A stretch of DNA of 60,695 nt from Candidatus Eiseniibacteriota bacterium (GCA_036003365.1 DASYSL010000004.1:1-60695), one strand, 5' to 3'; positions 10,125 through 19,097 are shown, counted from the stretch's first letter. Program-made: numbers and translations. Notes: generated by a model not told the origin, from the sequence alone.

Positions 10125-10232
10125 GGCAGCCTCAGGTGGGTTGTGCAACCCACTTTCCTGAGCTACCCATCCGTGTCTGGTCCCCTCGCCCCCGCCGCGC
10201 GGAAGACTGATGGACGAAGACCGAGGGAGGCT

Positions 10233-11252
10233 ATGAAAGTTCTGGTCACCGGAGGTGCCGGGTTCATCGGCTCGCATCTCGTCGAAGCTCTCGTGAACCG
10301 AGGCGACGAAGTGTGGGCGCTCGATGACCTCTCCACGGGTAGCGTCGAGAACCTCGAAAATCTGCAAGACGAGCCGCGTTTCCACTTCGTCGAAGGCTCG
10401 GTGATGGACGCCGCACTGGTCCAGAAGCTCTCGGACCGCGTCGATTTCGTCTACCACCTCGCTGCCGCCGTCGGCGTGAAGTTCGTGCTCGAGAATCCGC
10501 TCCGCTCGCTCCTGACCAACATCCGAGGCTCCGAGAACGTGCTCGAGTCCGCGCATCGCGCGGGCAACAAGCCGGTCGTTCTCTTCTCCTCCTCCGAGGT
10601 CTACGGCAAGGGGACGCAGGTTCCGTTCACCGAGGATCAGGATCGTCTCCTCGGCCCCACGCAGGTGCTGCGCTGGTCGTACGCCACCAGCAAGTCGGTC
10701 GACGAGTACCTCGCCATGGGCTACCACCAGGAGCGTCAGCTCCCCGTGGTCGTGGTGCGCTGCTTCAACACCACGGGCCCGCGCCAGAGCGGCTCGTACG
10801 GCATGGTCCTGCCGCGCTTCATCCAGCAGGCCATGAGCGGCGAGTCGCTGCTTGTTTATGGCGACGGCTCGCAGACGCGCTGCTTCTCGTACGTCGGCGA
10901 CGTGGTTCGCGGCACTCTGATGCTGGCCGACGAGCCGCGCGCCTTCGGTGGCGTCTACAACATCGGCACCGAAGAGGAAGTCTCGGTGCTCACGCTCGCC
11001 CAGCGGGTGAAGGAAGTCTCGGGCTCCTCGTCGCCCATCGAGTTCGTGCCCTTCGAGAAGATCTACGGCGAGCGCTTCGAGGACATGCAGCGCCGGGTGC
11101 CGTCGCTCAAGAAGATCCGAGACCTGGTGGGCTATACGCCCCAGTGCACCTTGGACGAGCTCCTACGCACGACCATCGCCTTCTATCGCGGCAAGGACCG
11201 CACGCCGTACCGCGCCACCTCCGCGATCCCGACTCTGGCGGGCGGCGCCTAG
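10233..11252 (+). CDS. NAD-dependent sugar-nucleotide epimerase/dehydratase (extended SDR; UDP-glucuronate decarboxylase-like)
   Basis: ATG 10233 is preceded by GAGGGAGG. Motifs: MKVLVTGGAGFIGSHL, SSSEVYG, YATSK (YxxxK). Confidence 0.9.
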   Translation: MKVLVTGGAGFIGSHLVEALVNRGDEVWALDDLSTGSVENLENLQDEPRFHFVEGSVMDAALVQKLSDRVDFVYHLAAAVGVKFVLENPLRSLLTNIRGSENVLESAHRAGNKPVVLFSSSEVYGKGTQVPFTEDQDRLLGPTQVLRWSYATSKSVDEYLAMGYHQERQLPVVVVRCFNTTGPRQSGSYGMVLPRFIQQAMSGESLLVYGDGSQTRCFSYVGDVVRGTLMLADEPRAFGGVYNIGTEEEVSVLTLAQRVKEVSGSSSPIEFVPFEKIYGERFEDMQRRVPSLKKIRDLVGYTPQCTLDELLRTTIAFYRGKDRTPYRATSAIPTLAGGA

Positions 11253-11272
11253 CCGCTACCGCTTTTCGACAC

Positions 11273-11308
11273 CTCCCCGGATCGAACCTCGATCCGGGGA
11301 GTTTTTTC
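11273..11308 (+). terminator. Rho-independent terminator after the SDR gene
   Basis: A perfect 13-bp stem (ctccccggatcga-acc-tcgatccggggag) is followed by tttttt. It lies 21 nt after the stop codon. Confidence 0.8.
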
Positions 11309-11326
11309 TGCTACTCCTCGACCGTC

Positions 11327-12406
11327 ATGGTCCTCGCGAGCTTGCCCGAGCCTTCCCTCGCTCCGCCGCGCGCCCTGTGGCTCGCGCTGTCCGCCATCGC
11401 GGGCGCAGCCGCGCTCGTCCTCCTGCTCGTGCCGCCGGTGCGGCGCTTCGCCTGGTGGACCGGCTACCTCGATCATCCCGAGGCGCGCAAGCTGCACACG
11501 CATGCCACGCCGCTCCTGGGCGGGCTGTGCGTGGCGCTCGGCGCCGGCATCACGACCGTCGTCCTGGTGCGCCTGCTCGCAGTACCGGTGCCGGCGCCCG
11601 CGTGGTGGTGGGCGGCGGGTGCTTTGGCCGCGCTCCTCCTGGGCCTCATCGACGACCGCTTCGGCATGCACCCTTTGCCCAAGCTCTTTCTGCAGATCGC
11701 GGTGGCCGGAGTCTTCCTGTGCGGCGGCGTCTATCCGAGCGGCGGTCTCGGTCCGTGGGTGGGCATTCCGCTCAGCCTGTTCTGGATCGTGGCCATGATG
11801 AACGCCGTCAATTTCCTCGACAACATGGACGGCATCATCGGTGGCATCACGGCCATCCTGGCGATCGGGCTGGGCGTGCTCCACCTGTGGTGGGGGAACG
11901 GGCTCGAGGCCATTTTCGCCTTTGCCCTGGCGGGTGCGGCGCTCGGCTTCCTGCGCTTCAACTTCACGCCCGCGAGCGTGTTCCTGGGCGACGCGGGCTC
12001 GCTCTTCCTCGGGTATTCGCTGAGCGCGCTGTCGCTCCTCGCCGCACAGGCCGGTCCCGACATCGAAGGCTCCATGGCGGGGCTTCTCATCCTGGGCTAT
12101 CCGGTGTTCGATCTCTCGTTCGTGGTCGTCATGCGGCTGCGCGAGGGCCGGAAGATCTACCAGGGCGGCAAGGACCATACGACGCATCGCTTGAGCACGC
12201 TGATCGGCGGCCCGCGCCGCACCGCACTCGGCGTCTATCTGTGGGCCGCAGCGCTGACCGCGAGCGGGGTCGGCGTGGCGCGCTCGCAGGGCTTCTGGAA
12301 TACGCTGCCCTGGCTCCTTCTCTGGGCGCTCGCCCTGTGCTGGTTCGGCATCCGCCTGGCCCGCGTGCCGGTGCGCCACAGCGCCCCTCGCGACAAGGCC
12401 GCGTGA
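11327..12406 (+). CDS. Polyprenyl-phosphate sugar-1-phosphate transferase (MraY/WecA family)
   Basis: ATG 11327 lies just after a terminator. The protein has 10-11 TM helices. Motifs: DHPEARKLH, DDRFG, NAVNFLDNMDGI, FLGDAGSLFLGY. Confidence 0.85.
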   Translation: MVLASLPEPSLAPPRALWLALSAIAGAAALVLLLVPPVRRFAWWTGYLDHPEARKLHTHATPLLGGLCVALGAGITTVVLVRLLAVPVPAPAWWWAAGALAALLLGLIDDRFGMHPLPKLFLQIAVAGVFLCGGVYPSGGLGPWVGIPLSLFWIVAMMNAVNFLDNMDGIIGGITAILAIGLGVLHLWWGNGLEAIFAFALAGAALGFLRFNFTPASVFLGDAGSLFLGYSLSALSLLAAQAGPDIEGSMAGLLILGYPVFDLSFVVVMRLREGRKIYQGGKDHTTHRLSTLIGGPRRTALGVYLWAAALTASGVGVARSQGFWNTLPWLLLWALALCWFGIRLARVPVRHSAPRDKAA

Positions 12407-12420
12407 GCCAAGGAGGCACC

Positions 12421-12660
12421 ATGCATCCCGATCTCTCGCCCCTCATCCTCGACTTGGCGAAGAAGCTCGTCGACGATCCCGACGCCGTGCGCGTCGAAGC
12501 TCGCGATGGCGACACCGTGCTCTACGAATTGAGCGTGGCGCCCGAGGACCAGGGGCGCATCATCGGCCGCGAGGGGCGCACCATCCGCTCGCTGCGCGCC
12601 GTCGTCCAGACGGCGGCGCGCAAGCACGGCTTTCGCGCCACGCTCGAAGTCCTGGAGTGA
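12421..12660 (+). CDS. KH-domain RNA-binding protein (YlqC/KhpA-type)
   Basis: Only the last 79 codons of tracked ORF 11377..12660 are used. ATG 12421 is preceded by AAGGAGG. GRIIGREGRTIRSLR is a KH GxxG loop. This protein is a conserved neighbour of rimM/trmD. Confidence 0.8.
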   Translation: MHPDLSPLILDLAKKLVDDPDAVRVEARDGDTVLYELSVAPEDQGRIIGREGRTIRSLRAVVQTAARKHGFRATLEVLE

Positions 12661-13202
12661 TGGACGCGCCAGGCCCGGTCCGCCTCGGGCGCGTGATCAA
12701 GCCGCACGGCTTGAAGGGCGAAGTGGTGGTGCGCGGCTCGGGGCTCGACGCGGCGGCGGTGGGTAAGCTCGGCATCGTGCGCCTGGTGCGCGAGAACGGC
12801 TCCGTGGTCGCCAAGGCCAAGATCGAGAGCGTCCGCGCCTTCCCGCCCGATCTCCTCGTCCGCTTCTCCAACGCGCACCACCCCGAGCAGGCCGGTGAGC
12901 TGCGCGGGCTGTGGATCGAAGCCGATCGCGCGTCGGTTCCGGAAGCCGGTCCCGATCAGATCTACTATTACGATCTTCTCGGGCTCGAGGTCGTCGAAGA
13001 AGACGGGCGCGTGCTCGGGCGCGTGCGCGAGATCCTGGCCACCGGCGCCAACGAGGTGCTGATCGTCGAGGGGGAGACGGGGGAGATCCTGATCCCGTAT
13101 CATCCGGGCACCATTCTCGGTTGGGACCCCGCCGCTCGCCAGATCCGTGTGCGGCTTCCCGAGGGGCTCCTCGACATCTATCGCAAGCCGACCGAACCGT
13201 AG
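12657..13202 (+). CDS. rimM: 16S rRNA processing protein RimM
   Basis: [16 protein letters not shown]-domain plus a PRC-barrel-like C-terminus. The start overlaps the KH gene stop (GTG 12657 or ATG 12660). Confidence 0.9.
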   Translation: MMDAPGPVRLGRVIKPHGLKGEVVVRGSGLDAAAVGKLGIVRLVRENGSVVAKAKIESVRAFPPDLLVRFSNAHHPEQAGELRGLWIEADRASVPEAGPDQIYYYDLLGLEVVEEDGRVLGRVREILATGANEVLIVEGETGEILIPYHPGTILGWDPAARQIRVRLPEGLLDIYRKPTEP

Positions 13203-13222
13203 CCTTCCGGCCACGCCCAACC

Positions 13223-13993
13223 ATGCGCATCGATCTCCTCACCATCTTCCCCGAGTACTTCGCGCCCGCCCTCGATCTGGGCATGATCCGGATCGCGCGC
13301 GAGCGCGGCCTGCTCGAGGTGGTGACGACCAATCTGCGCGACCACACCGACGACACCCATCGCACCACGGACGACAAGCCGTTCGGCGGCGGGGCCGGGA
13401 TGGTCATGCTGGCCGAGCCCATTTTTCGGGCCATGGAGGCGCTGGCGCCGGGCAAGCTGACGGGTCAGGGAGAGGGAGCCGAGGCCCGGGTCATCGTGCT
13501 TTCTCCGCAGGGAAAACCCTTCTCCCAGGCCGACGCCCTGCGACTTTCTAAGGAAAGCCGCCTTGTGCTAGTCTGCGGCCGCTACAAAGGGGTGGACGAG
13601 AGGGTCAGCCTCCACCTCGCCGACGAAGAGCTCTCGATCGGGGATTTCGTGTTGAGCGGGGGCGAGCCCGCCGCTCTGTGCGTTCTGGACGCCCTCGCCC
13701 GGTTGCTTCCGGGTGTCCTGGGCGACTTCGATTCCGCCGAGAGCGATTCCTTCCATTCCGGTCTCCTCGACTGCGCCTACTACACCAGGCCTGCGGATTT
13801 CCGAGGACACAGGGTGCCCGACGTGCTGCTTTCCGGAGATCACGGCCGGATCGCGCGCCACCGGCGCGAGGAAGCGTTGCGCCGCACGTTCGAGCGGCGG
13901 CCCGACCTCCTGGCTCGGGCGGAACTGACGCGTGAAGACCGCAAGTTGCTCGCTCAATGGGAGCGGGAGCGCGCGGAGAAGAAAGAGGAGTGA
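13223..13993 (+). CDS. trmD: tRNA (guanine37-N1)-methyltransferase TrmD
   Basis: ATG 13223 was chosen; the first 104 codons of the tracked ORF overlap rimM out of frame. Motifs: [49 protein letters not shown]. Confidence 0.95.
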   Translation: MRIDLLTIFPEYFAPALDLGMIRIARERGLLEVVTTNLRDHTDDTHRTTDDKPFGGGAGMVMLAEPIFRAMEALAPGKLTGQGEGAEARVIVLSPQGKPFSQADALRLSKESRLVLVCGRYKGVDERVSLHLADEELSIGDFVLSGGEPAALCVLDALARLLPGVLGDFDSAESDSFHSGLLDCAYYTRPADFRGHRVPDVLLSGDHGRIARHRREEALRRTFERRPDLLARAELTREDRKLLAQWERERAEKKEE

Positions 13994-14001
13994 CGATTCC
14001 C

Positions 14002-14355
14002 ATGAAGCTCTTGGAGAAGTTCGACGCCCGGCACGCCCGCCCCGAAGTGCCCGAGTTCCGACCCGGTGACACGGTGCGCGTCCACGTGCGCGTGATCGAG
14101 GGAGACAAGGAGAGGGCGCAGGTCTTCCAGGGGATGGTGATCAGCCGCCGCGGCTCGGGGCCGCGGACCACGTTCACGGTCCGCAAGGTCACCGAAGGCA
14201 TCGGTGTCGAGCGCATCTTCCCGCTCTTCTCGCCCTCGATCGCCAAGATCGAGGTCTCGCGCAAGGGAAAGGTTCGCCGCGCCAAGCTGTTCTACCTGCG
14301 CGGCAAGAAGGGCAAGGCCGGTCGAGTGGCCGAGGCCAAGGAGTCGGGCGAGTAA
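14002..14355 (+). CDS. rplS: 50S ribosomal protein L19
   Basis: ATG 14002 is preceded by GAGGAG. Motifs: [36 protein letters not shown]. Confidence 0.95.
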   Translation: MKLLEKFDARHARPEVPEFRPGDTVRVHVRVIEGDKERAQVFQGMVISRRGSGPRTTFTVRKVTEGIGVERIFPLFSPSIAKIEVSRKGKVRRAKLFYLRGKKGKAGRVAEAKESGE

Positions 14356-14416
14356 TCGTCCTCGAGCAACGGCCTCCGTCCCTCAGTAGTCCTCGTGAAC
14401 CACGGAACTCAACGTC

Positions 14417-15103
14417 ATGGGTGATTCGAGCCCATTGCCGGCTCAAGGCGCGGCGCCGCCCGGAAGTGAGCGACGTCTACTTCGCCTCTTTGGCCTCGAA
14501 TTGCTCCAGGGCCGCGGTGGCATCTTCATCTGCCCGGCCAAGCGTGCTCTACCTCAGAGTGCCGCGCGGTCCTTCCCGGTGCCCCTTCGCTTGCACCTTG
14601 GCTGCGGCAACAATCGGCTCGAGGGATTCGTGAACGTCGACATCGTGCCGAGTGCGGCGACGGACATCGTGACGAATGTCCGTGAACTGCCCATGCTCGC
14701 CGATGGGACGGTAGATGAGATCCGGCTATCAGCGGTGTATGAGCATCTCTATCGTCCGGAGCGCTTGGAGGCGATTCGCGAGTGGCATCGCGTGCTCCGG
14801 CCCGGCGGCATGCTCCATATCTCGTACGTTCCGGACTTCGACGTCATCGCGCGCGCCTTCCTCGACCACCGTCCGGGGATCTTGCACGAGACATTCAATT
14901 TCGAAGAGGTCTTCCTGTACTCGCACGGAGGCTACCTTCCGCATCACGCTCCCGAGCAGCTGCACAAGGATCTCTTCAACGATCGTTCCCTCCGCAGCGA
15001 GCTGGAAGCGGTCGGGTACGAGGTCGCAAGTCTGGAGAACGTGTGCTACCGAGACGAGCCGATACCCCTCAACCTGAATGTCGTGGCGCGAAAGCGCGCA
15101 TGA
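14417..15103 (+). CDS. Class I SAM-dependent methyltransferase (Methyltransf_11/23-like)
   Basis: LRLHLGCGNNRLEGFVNVD (SAM motif I) and LRPGGMLHISY. Local GC is lower than in the flanking genes. Confidence 0.7.
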   Translation: MGDSSPLPAQGAAPPGSERRLLRLFGLELLQGRGGIFICPAKRALPQSAARSFPVPLRLHLGCGNNRLEGFVNVDIVPSAATDIVTNVRELPMLADGTVDEIRLSAVYEHLYRPERLEAIREWHRVLRPGGMLHISYVPDFDVIARAFLDHRPGILHETFNFEEVFLYSHGGYLPHHAPEQLHKDLFNDRSLRSELEAVGYEVASLENVCYRDEPIPLNLNVVARKRA

Positions 15104-15137
15104 TGTCCATGTATGGCATTGCGGAGTGTGCGGCCCG

Positions 15138-15815
15138 ATGAGCGGCGCGACCGTGCAATCGAATAGCTCTGTGAAGCGCCTCATTCGCAAGGTCCTGGGA
15201 TGGGCGGGCCTCGAAATTTACGGGGCCCGGGGCGGTGTGTACGTGTGTCGGGCACCCCGCGCAGGTAGGGCGGGGCGCACCAGGTCCCTCCCGGCTTCCT
15301 GCCGTCTGCACCTCCGGCTCAAGGAAGCCGAGCAGGGATTCGTCGAGATCACGGGTGACGGAATGGTCCCGAGCGAGTTCGAGTCCAGTCTGGTCCGATT
15401 GCCCTCCATTCCTGATGGCTCGGTGGAGGAAATCCGACTCTCCGGTGTGTACGAGTTCCTATTTCGCCAGGACCGCCGCTCGGTGATTCTCGAGTGGCGC
15501 CGCATTCTGGTTCATGGCGGTGCGCTCGTGATCCGCGGCCTTCCCGACTTCGAAGCGATTGCAACGCAGTACGTCCAGGCCGCGGAGGGCGGGGCAGGGG
15601 GCGGGTTGGATCTGGAACATGTGCTGAAGTACACGCATGGCGATGTCACGAAGGCGAGTTCTGACCAGCTACGCAAGGACGTCTTCACGGCTGAGTCGGT
15701 GACCGCGGAGTTGCGCGGGGCAGGTTACGAGATCGCGAGCATCGAACGCGTCCAGCATGAGCTTGGCGAATCTGCTCCATTGTGGTTGGACGTTCTGGCC
15801 CGGAGGCGAGACTAG
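15138..15815 (+). CDS. Methyltransferase-like paralogue lacking the glycine-rich SAM loop
   Basis: It is collinear with the preceding protein (DGSVEEIRLSGVYEFLF vs DGTVDEIRLSAVYEHLY; LPDFEAIA vs VPDFDVIA; GYEIASIE vs GYEVASLE). Motif I reads LHLRLKEAE instead of LHLGCGNN. The start is uncertain (ATG 15138 preferred, ATG 15078 possible). Confidence 0.6.
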   Translation: MSGATVQSNSSVKRLIRKVLGWAGLEIYGARGGVYVCRAPRAGRAGRTRSLPASCRLHLRLKEAEQGFVEITGDGMVPSEFESSLVRLPSIPDGSVEEIRLSGVYEFLFRQDRRSVILEWRRILVHGGALVIRGLPDFEAIATQYVQAAEGGAGGGLDLEHVLKYTHGDVTKASSDQLRKDVFTAESVTAELRGAGYEIASIERVQHELGESAPLWLDVLARRRD

Positions 15816-16149
15816 AAGAACTATCTGACGATGCTGGAATGGGGATCGCCATCCGCCGATGCGGTAGCGCTCCTCCGGTCTCCGGAGTTCCGGGCGCGTT
15901 ACGAGCAGGCGCAGGTGTTCGATTCCCCGAGGCGCAACCTGGAGTCAACGCCTGCGAACGGCGAGCGCCCGACCGAGGAAGACCCTACTTTCGTTCTGTA
16001 CCGGCGCAAGCAAAGCCATCCGTGAAGGTTTCGGCCCATCCTTCGGATTGGCGAATTTCAAGAGCTGGCCGGGGCGAAGTGATCCGCCTGCTTCCGATTT
16101 TTTTGTTTTCCCTTGCCGGGTGCATGAGCCGGGGCGTACTTCGGAGGCC

Positions 16150-16821
16150 ATGGGCTCTCGGCGATGGATCACTCTCCGGCGTTTCGACGATCGCATGCGC
16201 GAGCGCGCCGCGATCGAGACCCTGTGCGGCGCCGACGAAGTCGGGCGGGGACCCCTGGCCGGCCCCCTGGTCGCTGCCGCCGTTTGCCTGCCGCGTGGCG
16301 CCAAGCTCTCCGGCCTCGATGATTCCAAAGCCCTGAGCGCGGAAGCCCGCGAGGATCTCGACGGGCGGATTCGCACCACCGCGCTCGCCGTGGGCTGGGC
16401 GGTGATCAGCCCGCGCGCCGTCGATCGCCTGAACACGCACCGCGCTTCCCTCACAGCCATGCGTCGCGCCCTGCATCGCTTATCACGCCGCACGGCCGTA
16501 GAGCGGGTGCTGGTCGACGGCATCCATCCCCTCATGGATCTGCCATGGCCGCAGGAGACTGTGGTCGATGGCGACGCGCGCAGTCTCGCGATCGCCGCTG
16601 CCTCGGTGATTGCCAAGTGTCTGCGCGACCGCTTCATGCGCCGACTCGCGTTGGACTATCCTCTGTACGGCTTCGAGCGCCACAAGGGCTACGGCACGCG
16701 CGAGCATCTCGAAGCCTTGATGACCCACGGACCCTGCCCTTGGCACCGCTACTCCTTCGGTCCCGTGATGCAGCCCGATCTGTTTAGCGCCGTCCCCGAG
16801 GAAGAGCTCGTCGGAGTCTGA
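16150..16821 (+). CDS. rnhB: Ribonuclease HII
   Basis: ATG 16150 is preceded by GGAGG. Motifs: CGADEVGRGPLAGPLVAAAV, LDDSKAL, VDGDARSLAIAAASVIAK. Confidence 0.9.
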   Translation: MGSRRWITLRRFDDRMRERAAIETLCGADEVGRGPLAGPLVAAAVCLPRGAKLSGLDDSKALSAEAREDLDGRIRTTALAVGWAVISPRAVDRLNTHRASLTAMRRALHRLSRRTAVERVLVDGIHPLMDLPWPQETVVDGDARSLAIAAASVIAKCLRDRFMRRLALDYPLYGFERHKGYGTREHLEALMTHGPCPWHRYSFGPVMQPDLFSAVPEEELVGV

Positions 16822-16843
16822 TCCGCTCCCGTCCGAGAAGAAT

Positions 16844-17209
16844 ATGGATCGTCGTGCTGTCGGCGCCGCCGGCGAGCGCCTGGCGGAGTGGTTCCTCGCG
16901 CGCCGCGGCTACCGCACGCTCGAGCGCAACGCGCGTGTAGGAAAATTCGAAGTGGATCTCGTGATGGAGCAAGGGAGTGCGATCATCCTCGTCGAAGTGA
17001 AGATGCGCCGGGCTTCATCGTGGGGAGGAGCACGCGGGGCATTGAATCGCGCGCAGCGGCTACGTCTGGCGGCGGCTGCCAGCGCATTCGAGGCACGATG
17101 GGCGGGTCGGCGCATCCGTTTCGACGTGATTACCGTCGAGGAAAGTGAAGAGCGACTGGTCGTTGAGCACGTACGGGATGCGTTCGGCAGCGGCGGTGAG
17201 CTTCGCTAG
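16844..17209 (+). CDS. yraN: YraN family (UPF0102) endonuclease-like protein
   Basis: Motifs: GERLAEWFLARRGYRTLERN, EVDLVMEQGSAIILVEVKMRR. It sits in the usual position after rnhB. Confidence 0.85.
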   Translation: MDRRAVGAAGERLAEWFLARRGYRTLERNARVGKFEVDLVMEQGSAIILVEVKMRRASSWGGARGALNRAQRLRLAAAASAFEARWAGRRIRFDVITVEESEERLVVEHVRDAFGSGGELR

Positions 17210-17912
17210 GGCAAATGGTCTACCGAAAAGGTGACGAGTCACAGGTTCATGGACCTGTGAGTTGTTCACTCGCCGAAGCAGTGCTTTCTTGAGTCAGATA
17301 TTGCCGAGACTTCGAGTTGCCTCGGTGAGCGGTAGAGGAGTCAACATGCCGTACGGCATGTCGAGGGATCATAAAGGCCACCTGCTCTTGAGCAGGTGAA
17401 GGAAATCGGGCGAAGCAAATCGAGCCGCGGGCGCGGCCCTCCGTTGGTGTCGTGGAGAACCATCCTTGGCAGGCGACCTGAGGGCTCCGGTCGGCGGCAC
17501 GCCGAGGCTTTGACCAACCCCAGCGAAGCTCCGTCGTCCCAGATGCGCCTCTGTGTACCCGCGCTCAGGTGGCGTCACTCTCTCTCGAGCACCCGAGAGG
17601 ACCGCGTTCGCGGCTCGCGATGCGGTCTCGATCCGGCCTTCGTCTTCGGGCGGGGCCGCTAGACCCCGCCCTCGCATGAAGGCGCCGAGACCTCCCTGTC
17701 CAGGCGACCCCGGCGAGGCGTCTCCCTTGCACGCTCGGTGCCGAAACCGGCGATCTACTGGCATTGCGTGACTTGGCCTCCTTGGCCCCGGCCGGTGGCT
17801 TGTGAGCGGGCGGGGCGGCGGCTAGACTCCGGGCGAAGTTCCAGGGGGGTCTGCCCAAGGTCGTGCCGGCCTGCCCACCTGGCCATCTGGCCGGCGTTCC
17901 CGGAGGGCCCAC
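17210..17912. other. ORF-poor, hairpin-rich noncoding region (candidate structured RNA or long leader)
   Basis: No tracked ORF here looks coding. The best one (17369..17764, minus) has only about 64% G/C at third codon positions by hand count, versus nearly all G/C in neighbouring genes. Hairpins lie at 17240-17259, 17344-17361, 17379-17398, 17582-17599 and 17648-17671. A 9-mer CAGGCGACC is repeated at 17470 and 17701. Confidence 0.35.
17360..17381 (-). repeat. Box copy D (minus strand GTGGCCTTTATGATCCCTCGAC), followed on its strand by hairpin ACATGCC-GTAC-GGCATGT (17344-17361)
   Basis: A direct read of the sequence. It has the same box-then-hairpin layout as copy A, with a different stem sequence. 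Confidence 0.65.
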
Positions 17913-19097
17913 GTGGCCGAGCCCGAGCGCATCCTCATCCTTCACGCCAAGGCGGGCGCGGGACACAAGCGAGCGGCGGAGGCGTTGGAGCATGCTTTCC
18001 GCTCCATCGGCCCCTCCAATCGCGTGCACGCGCTCGACACGCTGGCCTTCGCCTCGGCCCTCTTCCAGAGAACCTACGCGCAGACGTACGACGCCATGGT
18101 GAAACGGGCGCCGCCGCTCTGGCGCTTGCTCTACTGGGGCACCGAGCGCCCGAACGTGCATCGCGGCACGGCGCGCGCCCGCGTCTCGCTCGACCGCCTC
18201 AATCTGCGGCGTCTCATCCATGCCATCCGCCGCTTTCGCCCGGCGGCCGTCGTGTGCACGCACTTCCTGCCGCTCGAAGGCTTGTCGCATCTGGCCGCGC
18301 GCGACCGGCTCGGCTCGCCTCTCTACTGCGTGATCACCGACTTCGGCGCGCACCCTATCTGGGTGCACGACGGCATCGCGGGCTACTTCGTGGCCGCGGA
18401 AACCGTGCGCGAGGAGCTGGTCGAGTGGGGCGTGCCCTGGGAACGCATCCACGTCACCGGCATTCCCATCGATGCCAAGTTCGGCCACAAGCAGCCCAAG
18501 GAAGCGGCGCGTACGGCGCTCGGTCTCGATCCCAAGGCTCCCGTGGTGCTGGTCATGGGCGGCGGCAACGGCGTCGGACCTTTGCACGGACTGGCGGCGC
18601 GCTTGATCGAGCTGCCGAGCCGGCCGCAGGTGGTGGTGATCGCGGGACGCAACGAAGCGCTGCGCCGCCGGCTGCGTGATCTCGAGCCGCTGGCGCCCGG
18701 GCGCGTGAAGGTCCTCGGCTTCACCAACGAAGTCGACCGCTGGCTCGACGCCGCCGACGTGAATGTGACCAAGGCGGGTGGGCTCACTTGCTCCGAGAGC
18801 CTCGCCAAGCAGGTGCCGCTGGTCATCTTCCGTCCCACGCCGGGGCAGGAAGAGCGCAACAGCGAGGCGCTCACCACGGCCGGTGCGGCCCTGCGCGCGC
18901 GCACCATCGAACAGGTGGCCGAGTCGGTGGAGCGCATCCTCTCGCACCCCTCGCTCGCTCGCTCGATGCGTCGCGCCTGCGAGGAGCTGGGCCGCCCCGA
19001 GGCGGCGGCGATGATCGCCCGGGACGTGCTCGAGGAAGTCCACGGCGACGTCCACGACCGGCACTCTCCGCCACTGCAGCGAGCCCGCAACCTCTGA
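17913..19097 (+). CDS. MGDG-synthase-like / GT28 glycolipid glycosyltransferase
   Basis: ILILHAKAGAGHKRAAEALEHAF (MGDG_synth N-domain) and TKAGGLTCSESLAKQVPLVIFRPTPGQEERN (GT28 C-domain). The start is GTG. Confidence 0.8.
   Translation: MAEPERILILHAKAGAGHKRAAEALEHAFRSIGPSNRVHALDTLAFASALFQRTYAQTYDAMVKRAPPLWRLLYWGTERPNVHRGTARARVSLDRLNLRRLIHAIRRFRPAAVVCTHFLPLEGLSHLAARDRLGSPLYCVITDFGAHPIWVHDGIAGYFVAAETVREELVEWGVPWERIHVTGIPIDAKFGHKQPKEAARTALGLDPKAPVVLVMGGGNGVGPLHGLAARLIELPSRPQVVVIAGRNEALRRRLRDLEPLAPGRVKVLGFTNEVDRWLDAADVNVTKAGGLTCSESLAKQVPLVIFRPTPGQEERNSEALTTAGAALRARTIEQVAESVERILSHPSLARSMRRACEELGRPEAAAMIARDVLEEVHGDVHDRHSPPLQRARNL

Noticed and set aside
11377-12420. The upstream 348 codons of tracked ORF 11377..12660.
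   Set aside because: They are out of frame over the WecA-like gene and Arg/Pro-rich. Only the terminal 79 codons (KH protein, own RBS and ATG at 12421) look genuine. The same reasoning was used to trim ORFs 12911, 13957, 20565, 21713, 23077, 24340, 26133, 33326 and 40553 to internal starts.
15831-16025. 64-aa ORF between the methyltransferase pair and rnhB.
   Set aside because: It has no RBS and no recognisable motif. It may be real as part of the inserted cassette, but this cannot be supported from the sequence alone.
17210-17912. Tried to identify the ORF-free region as RNase P RNA, tmRNA, SRP RNA or a ZTP/cobalamin riboswitch. GAAGGAAATCGGGC after a hairpin at 17379-17398 superficially resembles the GAGGAAAGUCCGGGC P4 strand. 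CCGAAACCGGCGAT near 17740 resembles ACAGAACCCGGCUUA.
   Set aside because: The universally conserved stretches are not matched exactly (deletions within GGAAAGUCC, no GGUAAGAGC-type element). There is no tRNA-like 3' end or tag ORF for tmRNA, no GGAA-loop SRP domain IV, and the riboswitch cores have several mismatches at invariant positions. The identity is left open.
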